From assembly GCF_006345805.1 (NCBI RefSeq), contig NC_043009.1:17980001-18044000 (forward strand): a DNA stretch of 64,000 bases. Reading direction: 5' to 3'. Shown here one piece after another: positions 39,929-53,260 of this stretch. The position numbers and the translations under genes are program-made. This DNA is from Octopus sinensis (Eukaryota). Numbering within the stretch: the stretch's first letter is position 1; every line of letters begins with the position of its first letter. The notes below the pieces were generated by a model. That model had not been told where the DNA came from and made no database searches. It saw nothing but the letters and a program-made list of their open reading frames with translations.

Positions 39929-42900
39929 TGCTTACAACAACATTGAGGTATCATTTTTTTCTCCAATTATCCCAACTCTTTAGCAGTCCTACCACTGCAT
40001 CTCAGTGACACTATTCTAACATATGATATATGCTACTGCCATTCTATTTGGATTCTGAAAAAATTAATTAGGAAGATAGTATAATAATTTGTGAGATTTA
40101 CATGATATAAAAAAATTCCTTCAACACTGGGAATCACTAACCATTTTCATCAATGTAGAAATCTTCAAACAGTAAATAAATGAGAAATAGTAAAATCTAA
40201 AAGACTCATTATTCTGTCAGTTAAACAATTACAGAACTCTTCTCTAATTAGAACAATTTACACCTTCATTAAAGAAAACAACAAATCAATCGGTCAATAA
40301 AATATGATGCAATACTAGACTAAGATTTGAGTGTCATTTGACTGAAACTAAACAAACCTGGCAAAATTACTAAATACCAAAGTGAAAAGAAACCAATTGT
40401 CATCTCTAAAAATTACACTAGAAGAAAGTTCCTGAAAAGCACTAATCCTACAAGAATTACTAGGTTCCTTCATTACTGGGATTAATTTTATCTCATTTTT
40501 TTAGCTACTGATAACAGCTTTGCCATTATTTTGCTTTAACAATAACAAATTTCTCTGGAAAATAAATATATGAAAAACAGCCAAAATAAACTTCATTTAA
40601 AATAAACTACTTTAAAACTGATAAATTTACAGTTGTTAGTCAGAGGCTTGAGAGTGTCTGCTAGCGAATGAATTCCAATCAGATAAGGGGTACTTTATTG
40701 GATGTGGTCTAGGTTGTCTGCCTCATTAGTAGCAGCATCACCACAATGGAGCAGCACTCACTTGAGTGGAGTACCATCAACTGCTGGGTATATTCTCTGA
40801 AGAAAAAAACCAGTCATTGGAATGCAGTCCTAACAATGTTAAAGAATGAAGTCTCTAGTAGAATGTTATTTGTGTTTAGTGACGATGTGGTGTATTGGTA
40901 TTATTTTGCTGGTAAAAAAGAAACAAGATTGGTACACAACCCCTGAACAATGCTCTCAAAGCTTATGAAATCAATGTAGGTTTGGCATGCAACAGTGTCT
41001 AGGCTACATATAGCTGTTGCATATTGGGGAGGAATGAAGGTCATGATATATAGAAATTTGGAGACAAAACCAAAACCTGGGAAACACCAGAGATAATTAA
41101 GTGTGGGACAGAGAAAGCCCCATCAATAGATACCACTATGATGCAATCAGGAAACTACTAATCTAAGACATGAAATATGGGTGGAGTCTGTGGGCAGGAG
41201 GTTCTGAGAATTGCATACCAGATGGTTGAATGCTTTCCTGATGGTGAGGGCAAAAATATTGCTTTCACTGAACTTCTTCCAAGTGGATCAAGTGGAAGTT
41301 ACACAGGTGGTCACTGAGGAGAGAGAGAGAGAAGTTCAAAGTAGTGGAGAGTGTTAGGGCTAATAATCAGTTCCATTACCTTAGAGATGATATTGGTGAT
41401 ATATATTAAGCATCATTTTAAGGCTCCAGATGCATCAACAAATTATGCCAGGGCATAGCTAAAGTTGACAGAACCCTAACATACAAAAAGGGTCAATAAT
41501 ATGAATTAAATTAACAAAAATGAAGCATTCTACTTAAATAATTACATAATACCATTTACAATATTAATGCTTAAATTTAAAGAAAAATAAGAGATTTTCC
41601 TAATTTTAGCCTATCTGTTATCAACCTGCCTAACACAATGTGAATTTTTTTATTGTCCTAAATCTGCACCCTTCCAAACTCTGGCTATAATTACCAATAC
41701 ATACTTAAATGATGATGACTGTGAAATTTTATTGGTTTCTTAGTGATAACATTTGATTTCTCTAAATAAACACTTCCTATACATTGTCCAACAAACATTA
41801 TGATGATAATTTTTACAAATGAGTACCAAGAGATTTTTCATGTAGTTTGATTCAACAGTAAAGAAATATATTCAATTTTGGCCACCGGTTCATTAGAAAC
41901 GTTATCAGTTTTGATACTTAACCAATTTAAATTTGAGAAATTCTTAAAATCTAAGCACTAGTATGAATTATTTTTTATAAATTTAACCTTTAAACCAACT
42001 AATATGTAAGTTAGTTCGTGTTTAAAATTTCAGTCACATTCAACCGAAGTGATGTAGTCAACTACATTGTTTAAAAATACAATATTAAGTTACTTTTTAA
42101 CTTAACATATTCCAGCAAATTTATATTGTTCTAATCCCAAAGATTTATTTATGAATAAAAAAAAAATGATAAAAGTTTATTTTACAAATCATTCAGCCAA
42201 ATTTTATGAACACCACTATGGATATATACTTCATGGATAAAGTTAACCAGAAGACTGAGGTCCACTAACTACATTGTGGAGAAAAACAACCCAGCAACAA
42301 CTTAATATCTCCATATATAACAGCTTTTTAAAAATTCCCCACTGTGCTAGCCAGACCTGGCTTCTCGCACATACCCTACATTGTCATTCTAAAAATATAC
42401 AATCACATCACCTAAACCTCAAAGCTAAAAGACGATACATGGTTAATTCCAAAACAAAGTGAATGAATAAGCATATAATTAGACAGAATAATCTAAATGC
42501 TGAAATGTTAAAGCAACTTTTAGAGAGAAGACCCAAACTATTACCAACCTACTTTACAGTATGGAGTGCGTGCATTTTATCCAGCTGCCAAAGAATGTCT
42601 GCAACAGGATCAAGAGATCCTCACACGTTATCTATTTTCCCTAAATACTATTCTAAAATATGTGTATTTCTAATTACTAATGTTTGAAAATGTTGCTGCT
42701 GCCATAAGAATTTATAAACTTTCAAGAACATGAAATATTTCTCTTTTTTTTTGGAATTTGGAACTAGAACTATAAATAAAGCTATAAATCATAGCATGTA
42801 AATATTGGATTGAAAAATGCTTGTAGAACGAAAAAGTTAAAAGCTACCCCTATGTTTTCTTGCTTTTGAAAACAATCAAAACTGAATGTTACACATATGA

Positions 42901-43171
42901 GGAGAATACAATGTACATCTATATCAATTATCCACATTGAAAATGCAATATAATGTGCATATTAATTATCCACACAACAGTAACGGTTATTTTGATTGAC
43001 AAGAGGCAGTTAAAAACTCCAAGTAGGATGGAGCAAAAAAAAGGAAAAAATTGTTACAAGAGACCAAATTAAGGTAACAAAATGCTACAATAACATTTTT
43101 GCATAGAGGACGGTGGGGTAACATGCAATAACTGAAGTAATATATTTATAATTATTTAATATGTTTTCTAC

Positions 43172-43282
43172 CTGTCTTTGCTCACAGCTGTATATTGGTA
43201 AAGAAAGAATCACAGCAAGATGAAGAATACTCCTAAAATGTGTGAGAGATAATATACAGTTGTCGTCTAAGATTTCCTCTGC
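43172..43282 (-). other. Candidate non-coding 5'UTR exon of the ZNF gene
   Basis: Acceptor GTTTCTATTTTATTTTGTAG|GCAG with exon start at 43282. Donor CAG|GTAGAA at 43172, or alternative GCT|GTGAGC at 43186. No ATG inside; the phase matching the ZNF frame contains a stop. Motif evidence only. Confidence 0.35.
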
Positions 43283-44959
43283 CTACAAAATAAAATAGAA
43301 ACAATCAATAGTATTGATATATAAGCACACACACACAAATGTGTATACACACACGTACATGCACATATATACTACTTCCATTTAAATTTTATGGTGTTTT
43401 TCCATTCTAGCATGGGTCCCTTTCTTTCATTAACCTTTACCAATTCTTCAAGTAAGAGATCTCTTTACATACATTTGAAAGTACAAAGCTAGTAAGTGAT
43501 TTGTTAACAAGTGAAGATACATCATTACTGCTCAGCAATTTTCAAAGGAATAGAGATGTGAATGAACACAAACAAGGCAGTTTCCAACTATTAAGTCCAC
43601 CTATAAAAGATCTGGTTAGCATATGAATATAATAAACACTTGCTCATGATGTCACATATTGGGACTGACCACAAATCCATGTAGTTGAGAGGTAAAGACA
43701 GGAATGACTTAACATGTGTGTATATGTTGTTCCTCCTTGTTTTGACATTGCATTAAAGCAGTGTCATTCATTTCCAATTTTCTACAAGAACATGTCTGAC
43801 CATGGGAAAATATTACCATATCAACACACACACACACACATGTACATATAAAAACACAGAAACAGATATATACATACATTTACATATAATACATTAAAGT
43901 AATCATATCTGCCAACTGCACATAGATGTCTGATGAAATGGTCTGGTTATGTAACAAAGTGATGTAATACATGACTAAACAAAAAATAACCATTCAATAG
44001 AAACAGTCGTAATGTAACATAACATCCCTCTTCTTATTTTTGTAACATCACATTTACACCAAGATAAATGTGCAACACATTTTTAGATAGAATGGGTTTA
44101 CATCATGTTAGATATATAAATTAACTACATAATGGTGTAATTCCTCAGAGTACACTGTTAGCCAATTACACACTTGTAAAATATATGTATATGTATGTGT
44201 AAATATATAATAATAGTAGTAATAATAATAAATGCCAAAACAAATTTCTATGTGTTGGTATGTCACACATTGACCCCCCTATCTCTCACTATTCAATGAC
44301 ACTTCTACTATTCATGTTGGGGTGAGAGTAATAGTAGGCATAGAGACAGTGAGGGTGGTAGTAGATTGACGGCTGTGGTGGTAATGGGCTGATAGTAATA
44401 GTATGAGCTGTAGTTGTGATAAAGGCAGAGGCAACGGTGATTTGCTGGTCGCCAAGGCAGTCAGTCAGGGATGACAGTGATGTGAAAGACAGTGGTGATG
44501 ATGGTAGCATCAGAAGTCTGAATGGTGTGTGTATGGCAGTTGTGGTGGTGATGGTTGAAAACAATCAAGAACGAAGAGAGAAAGAGGTTAGATAGAAACA
44601 CAATTGTACTGACCCCTGAATGGGAAGGCAAAAAAATGCTGTTTATTTTGCAGCTTTGCAATAAGTTCCAAGCCGACAAATTATATCATTGTTTTGATGA
44701 AAATTGTTTATTGCTTGAAAAATATTGGTCAAGTTTAATAAAATTTAATATATACTCAATGCACAAAGTGTCATTGTTGGGTCTAAGGCCCAATGAAGAA
44801 CCCTCCACAGGAGCTAGCTTCTAAATGATATGCCTAAATTAGGATGAGTGGAGATCTAGGGAACTCTCAGCATTTTAAAAACTTTTTATTAAAAAAAAAT
44901 TTTTTTTGAATCTATTTTATTTTCTAAAAGTTTGAAAGTTGATAGCAACTTGTGCCGAC

Positions 44960-46170
44960 ATGAGATCAAAACCTCAGATATGTTGTGGAGTAAGGAAGTT
45001 TCAGAGTCGATTTCTTAAAAATATATGTTGATGGAAAATTATTCTCAATTAATTTAAAGAATAACTAGTGGATGTTTTTAACCTGGAAGGAGAACAGGTA
45101 AAGCAAATAATATCCCATTTCCACACTGTTTTTTATAAAATTTCCGATTTACATTAATATTCACCCCATTATCATAATTTAAATTGTTATTTTTTTTGTA
45201 TTATATCTACATTGTCCTAATTCAAGATGGGATACCTATATTTAGATTACCCAAATATAGGATCATTCCAGCCAGCTTAATTCTAAATACAGTATTTTTC
45301 CCGTATATCATTTTTGTGTTAAAGCCACTATTCATAAAGGCCAGATAATGTGTTTGTATGTGATTATTAAAAATCTGCTCGTTGGCAGATAGATTAGACA
45401 TCCTAATTAATACTCCTTTAATTACGCTGTTAATGACATGTTTTGGATAGATAGATATGTTGATATACTGGATAGTCTTTTATCCTTTAAATAAGGATAG
45501 AATAGGCCATTTTCCAAGTTCAGGGTAACGTCTAAAAAATTCACAATCATAGACCTGTTTTCAAAAGGGATATTTAAATTATATCCCTTAAAGACCCTAA
45601 TTAATTGTTTCCTAATCCTATCAATTTTTTGTGAGGGAAGGTTCAAAATGGTAAATAAAGCATCATCGCTATATAATCCCCAGCTAATATTTGGAAATTT
45701 AGTCATGTCAGTGATTAGGGGAGAATCAGAGGATCCCATTGTAACATTGAAATTATCCAGGATATCACTACGGGTTCAATATTTCTGATTATATGAGATT
45801 AATGTTTTTCTGGCAGATTGAATTATCTCTCAATCCAAAGGTGAAACGTTCTTAAAACTATTTGCAAATGCCAATGTCTTATCTAAAAGATTTGGAGATA
45901 TTGACTGATAATAATAACCAATGTCAAATTGTACAAATCAAGTTTATTCATCGAAATATTAGGTTTCAAGCGCTCCGGTATTACAATCCAAAGAGAAGCA
46001 GTCATCATAAAAGAAAACTTTCCACCTCACTCTTCTGATAAACTCACTGTATTTTGTATTCCCACAACAAAGGAATTTAACCTGCGAATATCTGTCCTCA
46101 ATTTTGATGTTGAAGCATTAGCTTCTGGTGCAGCAATTTCTAGGGCTGTCCATGAAAAATATCCCATATA
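44960..46170 (-). mobile_element. Penelope-like element RT fragment (YRDD-type lineage)
   Basis: WGLYSDDAL...IDRIRKQLIRVFK...IVNFLDVTLNLENGLFYPY, followed by FFKLIENNFP-like sequence; degraded. Confidence 0.75.
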
Positions 46171-46299
46171 TATATATACAAATCTATATTTATTTATATA
46201 CATAAATGTATATATGTATATATACAAGCATATATACATGTACATACATATACATACACATATATACATACATATACTCGTGTATATACACACATATAT

Positions 46300-46735
46300 A
46301 TATGTATATACATATATCTCTTTTACTCGTTTCAGTTGACTGTGGCCATGCTGGAGCACCGCATTTAGCCGAACAAATTGACCCCAGGACTTATTCTTTG
46401 TAAACCTAGTACTTATTCCATCGTTCTCTTTTGCCAAACCGCTAAGTTACAGTATATACAAGTATATATATATACATGTATACATATATACATACATATA
46501 CATGTATACATAAAGACACCAGCATCAGTTGTCAAGCGATGTTGAGGGGACAACCATAGACACAGAAATATACATACGATGGGCTTCTTTCAGTTTCTGT
46601 CTACCAAATCCACTCACCAGGCTTTGATCGGCCTAAGGTTATAGTAGAAAACACTTACCCAAGGTGCCACGCAGTGGGACTGAACCCAAAACCATGTAGT
46701 TCGTAAGGAAGATATCTACCACACAATATATATAC

Positions 46736-46773
<38 letters not shown>

Positions 46774-47185
46774 GTAAGTATACATATACACATACAAATA
46801 TACATACACTTTTACTTATTTCAGTCATTTGACTGCGGCCATGATGGAGCGCCGCCTTTAATCGAGCAAATTCACACTAGTACTTATTCTTTGTAAACAT
46901 AGTACTTATTCTGTCTCTTTTGCCGGACTAAGTTACGGGGACATAAACACACCAGCATCGATTGTCAAGCGATGTTGTGGGTGATGGGGGGGGGGGGTCA
47001 CACAAACACACATATATATGACAGCCAAGCTTCAGTTCCCATCTACCAAATCCAGTCACAAGGCTTTGGTCTGCCGGAGGCTATAGTAGAAGAAACTTGC
47101 CCATGGTGCCACGCATTGTCACTGAACCCGGAACCATGTGGTTCATATGCAAGCTACTTACCACACAGCCACTCCTACGCCTACA
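46300..47185 (-). mobile_element. Two family A SINEs (~46300-46730 and ~46810-47185)
   Basis: Full family A layout twice, separated by a (TA)n tract. Confidence 0.85.
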
Positions 47186-47210
47186 TATATATATATATAC
47201 ATATATGCAT

Positions 47211-47251
<41 letters not shown>

Positions 47252-47395
47252 TATACATATACACACACACATATATATATACACACACACATATATAGGT
47301 ATATATATATATACATACACATATGCATTTTTCTTCTGTAGAGTCAAGTTAGAGCCATGACCATGCTGGAGCACTGCCGTTTTGATACACTGTTA

Positions 47396-48400
47396 TTACT
47401 GAGAGCCTTCTCTACTATGTGGCACTTGGTGTAGAATGAAGTTTGAGGTAGCGACCCTCAACTGCACCTCTTGCCGAGAAGCAGATTCATTTGGGACTCT
47501 TGAAAGGAAGAGGTCCAGCCTTGATTTAAAAATGCTTACATCTCCTTTGTACAGGTTCCTCAGGCTTTTCAGGAGAATATGAAAAAGGTGTGGGCCCCTG
47601 AAACCGAGACTGTTGCAGTAACTGATCCTGCAGCACAATAGCATTGCTGGGATCTTTGGCACTGTGCAGTGTCGACCTGTCCTGGCATTGGAGTAGCTGT
47701 CAATGCCAAAATTTGGCACAATTCCGTCCAGAATCTTCCAGAACTATATTACTGCATACCTTACCTGCCTTCGCTCCAGGAGGTTGAGTCATAATTGTTT
47801 CAGCCTTTCCCAGTAGCTGAGCTGTTGCAAAGAGACGATCTTCTTTGTGGATTGCTTCAAGGTCTGCTGTTAATATCACACTGGTGGGTGACCATAGCTG
47901 GGAGCAGAAATCCAGGTGGCTGAGGATGAATGTCCTCCAGAGGACCATCATGGTTTCCTTATCTCTGGTTCTGAATGTTTTTAGGATACATTCAGCCAGT
48001 CGTCTGTACTTTGTCGTCATCCTGGTAATGCGCACTCAGAAAGAGGTATCATCACTCATGTCAATACCCGGGTCCCCTCACTGATTTAGGCTCTGGGATT
48101 GCAATTCCCTGTCGACCCTGCAAGTTTCACATTCAGTTTTGGACGCTGGTAGCACAGGGTTTGGAACTTTTCAGCATTAAACTGCATATTATTATCCTCA
48201 GCCCATCTGTAAATTGAGTCCAAATCCTGCTGCAGATGTGCAACATCGCTGGGGTTCTGTACTTTCCACGAGATTTTCTTATCGTCTGCGTAGGTAGAAA
48301 GGGTGGCTATACGGGCAGTTGAGGGCATATCTAGAGGGCCACTATGAAAAGCAGTGGTTCCAAGATAGCCCCCTGTGGAACACTGCTCACTGAGTTTTCA
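47396..48400 (-). mobile_element. CR1-like LINE 3' fragment (RT to ORF end)
   Basis: PQGAILEPLLF...TLSTYADDKKI...LQQDLDSIYRWAEDNNMQFNAEKF; LKTFRTRD...LDFCSQLWSP; FKSRLDLFLSRVP. Confidence 0.85.
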
Positions 48401-48474
48401 TTGAGGTGTGTATATATATATATTTGCTTTGCAAGATTTTCAATGTGAAATCATGAATTGAAACAGATATCATT

Positions 48475-48788
48475 GTATTTAAGAATGGTCATTTTGCCAG
48501 TTTAGCCAATAAAAACACACACTATATATATTTGGTGTTACTTTGCTTCAGCGTTATTTATTTTTTACATTAATCTTAATCTAATTTCGGCCAGAGTTCT
48601 TTGGTCACACTTCTGTGACCTCATCAGTGACCCTTTGCTTTCTTCTTTCTTATTTGTGTGTCTCTCCTTACTAACAGTCAGCCATTAAGATTAATGTAAA
48701 AAATAAATAACGCTGAAGCAAAGTAACACCAAATATATAGTATGTTTGTTTTATTGGCTAAACTGGCAAAATGACCATTCCTAAATAC
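48475..48788. repeat. Inverted repeat (~105-bp arms) enclosing a hammerhead motif
   Basis: 48475-48580 (GTATTTAAGAATGGTCATTTTGCCAG...) versus 48684-48788 (...CTGGCAAAATGACCATTCCTAAATAC), high identity by eye, with a 103-nt spacer. Confidence 0.9.
48589..48632 (-). ncRNA. Degenerate type-I hammerhead ribozyme
   Basis: Minus strand: GGUCA CUGAUGA GGUCACA-GAAG-UGUGACC AAAG AA CU C UGGCC. Stem I has 5 bp, stem II has 7 perfect bp, triplet CUC. G12 of GAAA is missing. Confidence 0.65.
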
Positions 48789-48789
48789 A

Positions 48790-48848
<59 letters not shown>

Positions 48849-48940
48849 TTAATCCAAACATGAACAAAGAGAAAACACAACGTGAGGACATGGAACAAGT
48901 ATAGTGTTATTGGACGCGCAGGAAAGGAAAGAAAGGAGGA

Positions 48941-48973
48941 TTTAACGTTTTGAGCAGAGCTCTTCGTCAGAAA
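48941..48973 (-). ncRNA. Minimal PLE-type hammerhead with G12A substitution
   Basis: Minus strand: UUU CUGACGA A GAGC-UCU-GCUC AAAAC GU U AAA. Palindromic ACGU stem III. GCTCGAAAC appears as GCTCAAAAC, consistent with CpG deamination. Confidence 0.55.
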
Positions 48974-49893
48974 CATGGAAAAAGGAAAGGTCCAAGGAAG
49001 GGAAGACGGAGAAAGAAAATCGCTGATACACACGTGGTCATACATACATACATACATATACACACATAAATATATACATATACACACACATATACATATA
49101 TACGTACACACACACATACACATAGATATCTACATATATACACACATATACATATATATACACATACACACACACATATATAACCCATGCTAGCATGGAA
49201 GATGGACATTAAACAATGACTATGATGATGATATAAACTGACCTGGAAATGGATGCATGGTATTGAATCAAATAATATAAATATATAAATACGCATATAC
49301 ACAGGTATACATTTACATGCACACACACACACACACACACAAATACATTCATATATGGGCACAAGATGTCACAAACCATAAACAACATGAAATATGAAAA
49401 CAAAAGAGTTGAATACATAAACAAGAGAAACAAATGGAAAACATAAAGAACGACCCTTCATCAGTTGTCGGCTCTACAAATCTCATTGGGAGCATTGAGT
49501 GACAATATAAGTCTTCGAAGGGCAGTTGCTCCCACAAACTAAATAAAAATTGGGATTTTCGGAGGGTCAAAGCTGGTAACAAAAACAGGACATTGGAGAC
49601 ACACAAGGAAACCAAGCGCAAACGAACATGGAGGATCATTAGACCAGATGAAGGTTAAATAGCAAAAGGAGAAATTATCTCTTTGACAAGAGAAAAGATA
49701 GAAGAGAGACAGATGGGATACATGCAGTATCTACGACAGCCCTGAAGGAAAAGAATGATCATGTGAAGAAAAGAAAGATGGCTGATGGTCACGTGTGAGT
49801 AATGAGAGAGAGAGACAGATAGAAAGAAAACAGTGAAGAGGAGAAAAAAAGAATTGGAGCAAGGATGAGATGAATACAAATATGTATATACAT

Positions 49894-49936
<43 letters not shown>

Positions 49937-49974
49937 CATAAATACGTATACACACAAACACACAAGTCTATATC

Positions 49975-50460
49975 TAGGGCAGGTATTACTTTTTTCATTA
50001 CATGTTTCAAGGTGAATCCATTGGTGTCGGTGTAGCTAGAGATGTGGCTGGCCTTTTCATGGGCTGGTGGGGCAAAAAACTTAAGCAATCCGTAGCAGAA
50101 CAGTCTACAACTCTTTACAGTAGGAATGTAGACAACATTAATATCCTAGTGAAGACCAAACCTAGTAACGGCAATGTAGAAACTGAGAGGAACAACCTGG
50201 AGAGCATCTAGCAAGGAGCTAACTCCATCCCCCAAAGTATCAAGGTAACTATAACAATAGACTCCTTGTCCTTGATACTGAACTTTGGTTAGAGATTGTG
50301 AACAACAGAGTGCAGCTCCTCCACTCCTATTACATGAAAGCCATAGCTTCGAAATATGTTGTTCATGAGAACTCAGCTTTGTCACACGATACGGAAATTA
50401 ACATACTGATAGCAGACTTAGGATAATGAACATGTCCCCACTATACAAATCCTATGAAAC
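49975..50460 (+). mobile_element. Penelope-like element RT fragment (YVDD-type lineage)
   Basis: GESIGVGVARDVAGLFMGWW...LYSRNVDNINI; HPQSIKVT; HSYYMKAIASKYVVHENSALS. Confidence 0.7.
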
Positions 50461-50589
50461 AAAACAAAAAAAACATGTACAGAACTTCACGCATCACATG
50501 CAATTCTCTGGATATGATCAAAAAGATAGGGTTTGAGAACACAGGGGGGCTAGAAAGAAGTTAGGTACCTGCCCCTAATAAGTGTCCAG

Positions 50590-51365
50590 ACTGTTGCCAT
50601 GGCATCAGCCATGTTATCAAAGCTAAAGCATGCAGAGTGAAGCCGTTTGGCACAGATTGAGCTTGAACTCTGCTATTCAAGCGTAGCAGTGCTTGGAAGG
50701 AATGTTTCGCATATGGTTGCTGCATTGACCATAACAAAGAAGGTCCAGCAGATAACCGGCATCAAATTTTGCCAAAAGCTTGGTGATACCTGCTCAGAGG
50801 CCTAAGCAAAGTTTTCACAGTTCTCGATACAATCAAGATCTTGTATAACTAAAACCAGAGTGTCATTTTGGTTGGGCAAAAGCAGTTTTGGCACAAACTT
50901 AGCAGACACGCGTCTAATACCCAAATCTTCAGTGATAATGGACTGAACTGAGCCGTAACTAATTTTCACAACCTCTGATAACTCACAGATGGTGATTCAA
51001 CAGCTTCCCCTCACAGTTGCACAAACATCTGTGACGTTTTCCTCAGTTCTGGATCTACTAGAATGTTCGCCAATATCGACACTCTTCCAGCAATCTCGGA
51101 AATGTCTGAACCACTCATACCTTTGTGTGCAGATACACTCCTCTCCATACACTCTCTGCAACGTTGTGTAGGCTTCCGAGCAGCTATTGCCATGACAACT
51201 CTCTCTGACATGATCAATGCAATGATCACACACTACACACCTTCCTTCCAAGTACTGCTGTAAATAGCCAAAGTGAGCTAGAGTGTCAAAACACAGCAGA
51301 GTCCAACGTCAAGCTTTCCTAAGCAGCTTCTCTCTGCGTACCTTAGCTTTGATACTATGGCAACA
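50590..51365. mobile_element. Two convergent mariner 5' fragments
   Basis: Plus fragment ~50590-50815 (IKFCQKLGDTCSEA). Minus fragment ~51365-50820 (EAYTTLQRVYGEEC...YEWFRHF; DLGIRRVSAKFVPKLL). The two 5' leaders are alignable. Confidence 0.75.
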
Positions 51366-51369
51366 TCCA

Positions 51370-51690
51370 GATACTCCTTCCCCAAACAGATGGTCTTGGG
51401 TTCAGTCCCACTGCATGGCACCTGGAGCAAGCGCCTTCTACTTTAGCCTCAAGCCAACCAAAGTCTTGTGAGTGGATTTGGTAGACAGAAACAGAAAGAA
51501 GCTCAATATATATATATATTGTCCCTCCACTGTAGCTTGACAACCGATGTTGGTGTGTTTACATCCCAATAATCTAGCAGTTCGGCAAAAGTGATTGATC
51601 GAATAAGTACTAGGCTTACAAACCATAAACTCCTGGGGTCAGTTTGTTCAACTAAAGGCAATGCTCCAATCAAATGACTGAAACAAGTAA
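51370..51690 (+). mobile_element. Family A SINE, plus orientation
   Basis: GGGTTCAGTCCCACTGCATGGCACCTGGAGCAAG...CAAATGACTGAAACAAGTAAA. Confidence 0.85.
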
Positions 51691-51852
51691 ATGTATATAT
51701 ATTTATAAACATATATACATACATACACACACACACACACATATATATATTTACGTAAAAACATGTGATATACATATATATATATCCTTATAGGTATATA
51801 TTTATACTTATGCATACATATATACATATAAATTATAAAACATACATATATG

Positions 51853-51936
<84 letters not shown>

Positions 51937-51974
51937 CATACACACATATATATATACATCTTTATCTGATACCA

Positions 51975-52110
51975 TTTGCTTGTATCAGTTTTTGGATTGC
52001 GACCATGATGGGGCCACCCTTGAAATGCTTAGCCAAACATATCGAACCAAGTACTTAAGTCTGGTACTTATTCTATCGGTCTCTCTTTGCCGAACCACTA
52101 ATTACGGAGA
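51975..52110 (-). mobile_element. Family A SINE 3' fragment
   Basis: GGTACTTATTCTATCGGTCTCTCTTTGCCGAACC. Confidence 0.65.
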
Positions 52111-53117
52111 CTGGACAAACCAAGCAGATTTACATATACACACACTCGTCAACAACATATGTATACACAGGTACACAAATACGCGCACATATGTATTTTG
52201 TGTGCGCGTAATTCCATCCGCACGTGTTACTCTGAAATTGCATTGTACATCGATTGACGTGTGAAGGAAATACACAAACGCCTCAAGTCAGACTATTATT
52301 GTTACACTAGACTGACTACCAAACTTGTGGGGGGTAATGACATTCATTCTTTCCCCTAAGTGAATTGTAGGCTATCGAAAGTATGGGGGCAGTCGTAACC
52401 ATGACCCTTAGGAGCTGTAGCAGTGAGGTGAGGGATAACTGTAGTTCATCCCCGGGTTGAATTTTGTAAGTGAAGGAAAAACTCGAGTGTTATGAGTAAA
52501 GAAGGCAAATACAGAAATCCTTTTATGAAATGACGGTTACTGTTTTTTTTTTTAACTGCACTCAAGTATAAATGTTAAGTCAACGTTGGTGAATCTAACC
52601 AACGAGATGTGTTTTTAAAAAATCACAATAGATATGAAAAGACAAGAGAGCCTCTAATGTGGTGTTGGATCTATTTGGAAACAACAGCCAAAATACTGAA
52701 ATCAAAACCCAGGTTTGAAAATAATGAACATTGGACCGAGAGATTAGTTCTATACACATTCTAATAAAAACGTTTTTTAAAAATCCTACATGACTGTGTA
52801 GAGTACCTTTGGTCATAGGTGTGTTGGATCTGGACCGAAGTGGGGTTAAATAATAGAAACCCGTAATTTATTAGGGAAAAGGTAGTCTCCTGAAGCAACC
52901 CTGGTACATAAGTAATAAAAGGCAGAAATCCAACCACGGTGGCGTTTAAAGATGTGAATAATATTTATTCAAGCCAGCTCGTTCAGTATTACAATAAAGA
53001 AAAGTTTTAGACCAACGAAGGAGGTTTCTTTGAACGAGACATTGGGATTTTTCACTCTTTTCAAAACGGCCAAGGAAGGGAGAGAAACGAAGACAGCATA
53101 TACGACACACACATTAC

Positions 53118-53260
53118 TTGAAAGATTTCTTTCATTTTTTATTTTCTTTACTGGTTTTTAATCGATTAAATTAACAGAGCGGCCTTATCAGGAATCACAT
53201 ATTTTGTAAATCTAAGATACGACAGACGTAAGACCAGAGAGTAGCGGTACATTTTTTTTT
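53118..53260 (-). promoter_or_regulatory. Candidate first exon/promoter-proximal region of the ZNF gene
   Basis: Minus-strand donor CAA|GTAATGT at 53118/53117, in repeat-free, CpG-retaining sequence just beyond the edge of the CpG-poor domain. The TSS position cannot be determined from sequence. Confidence 0.25.

Noticed and set aside
40640-41400. More GC-balanced stretch suggestive of an old retroelement
   Set aside because: No RT or endonuclease motif could be recovered by eye in any frame.
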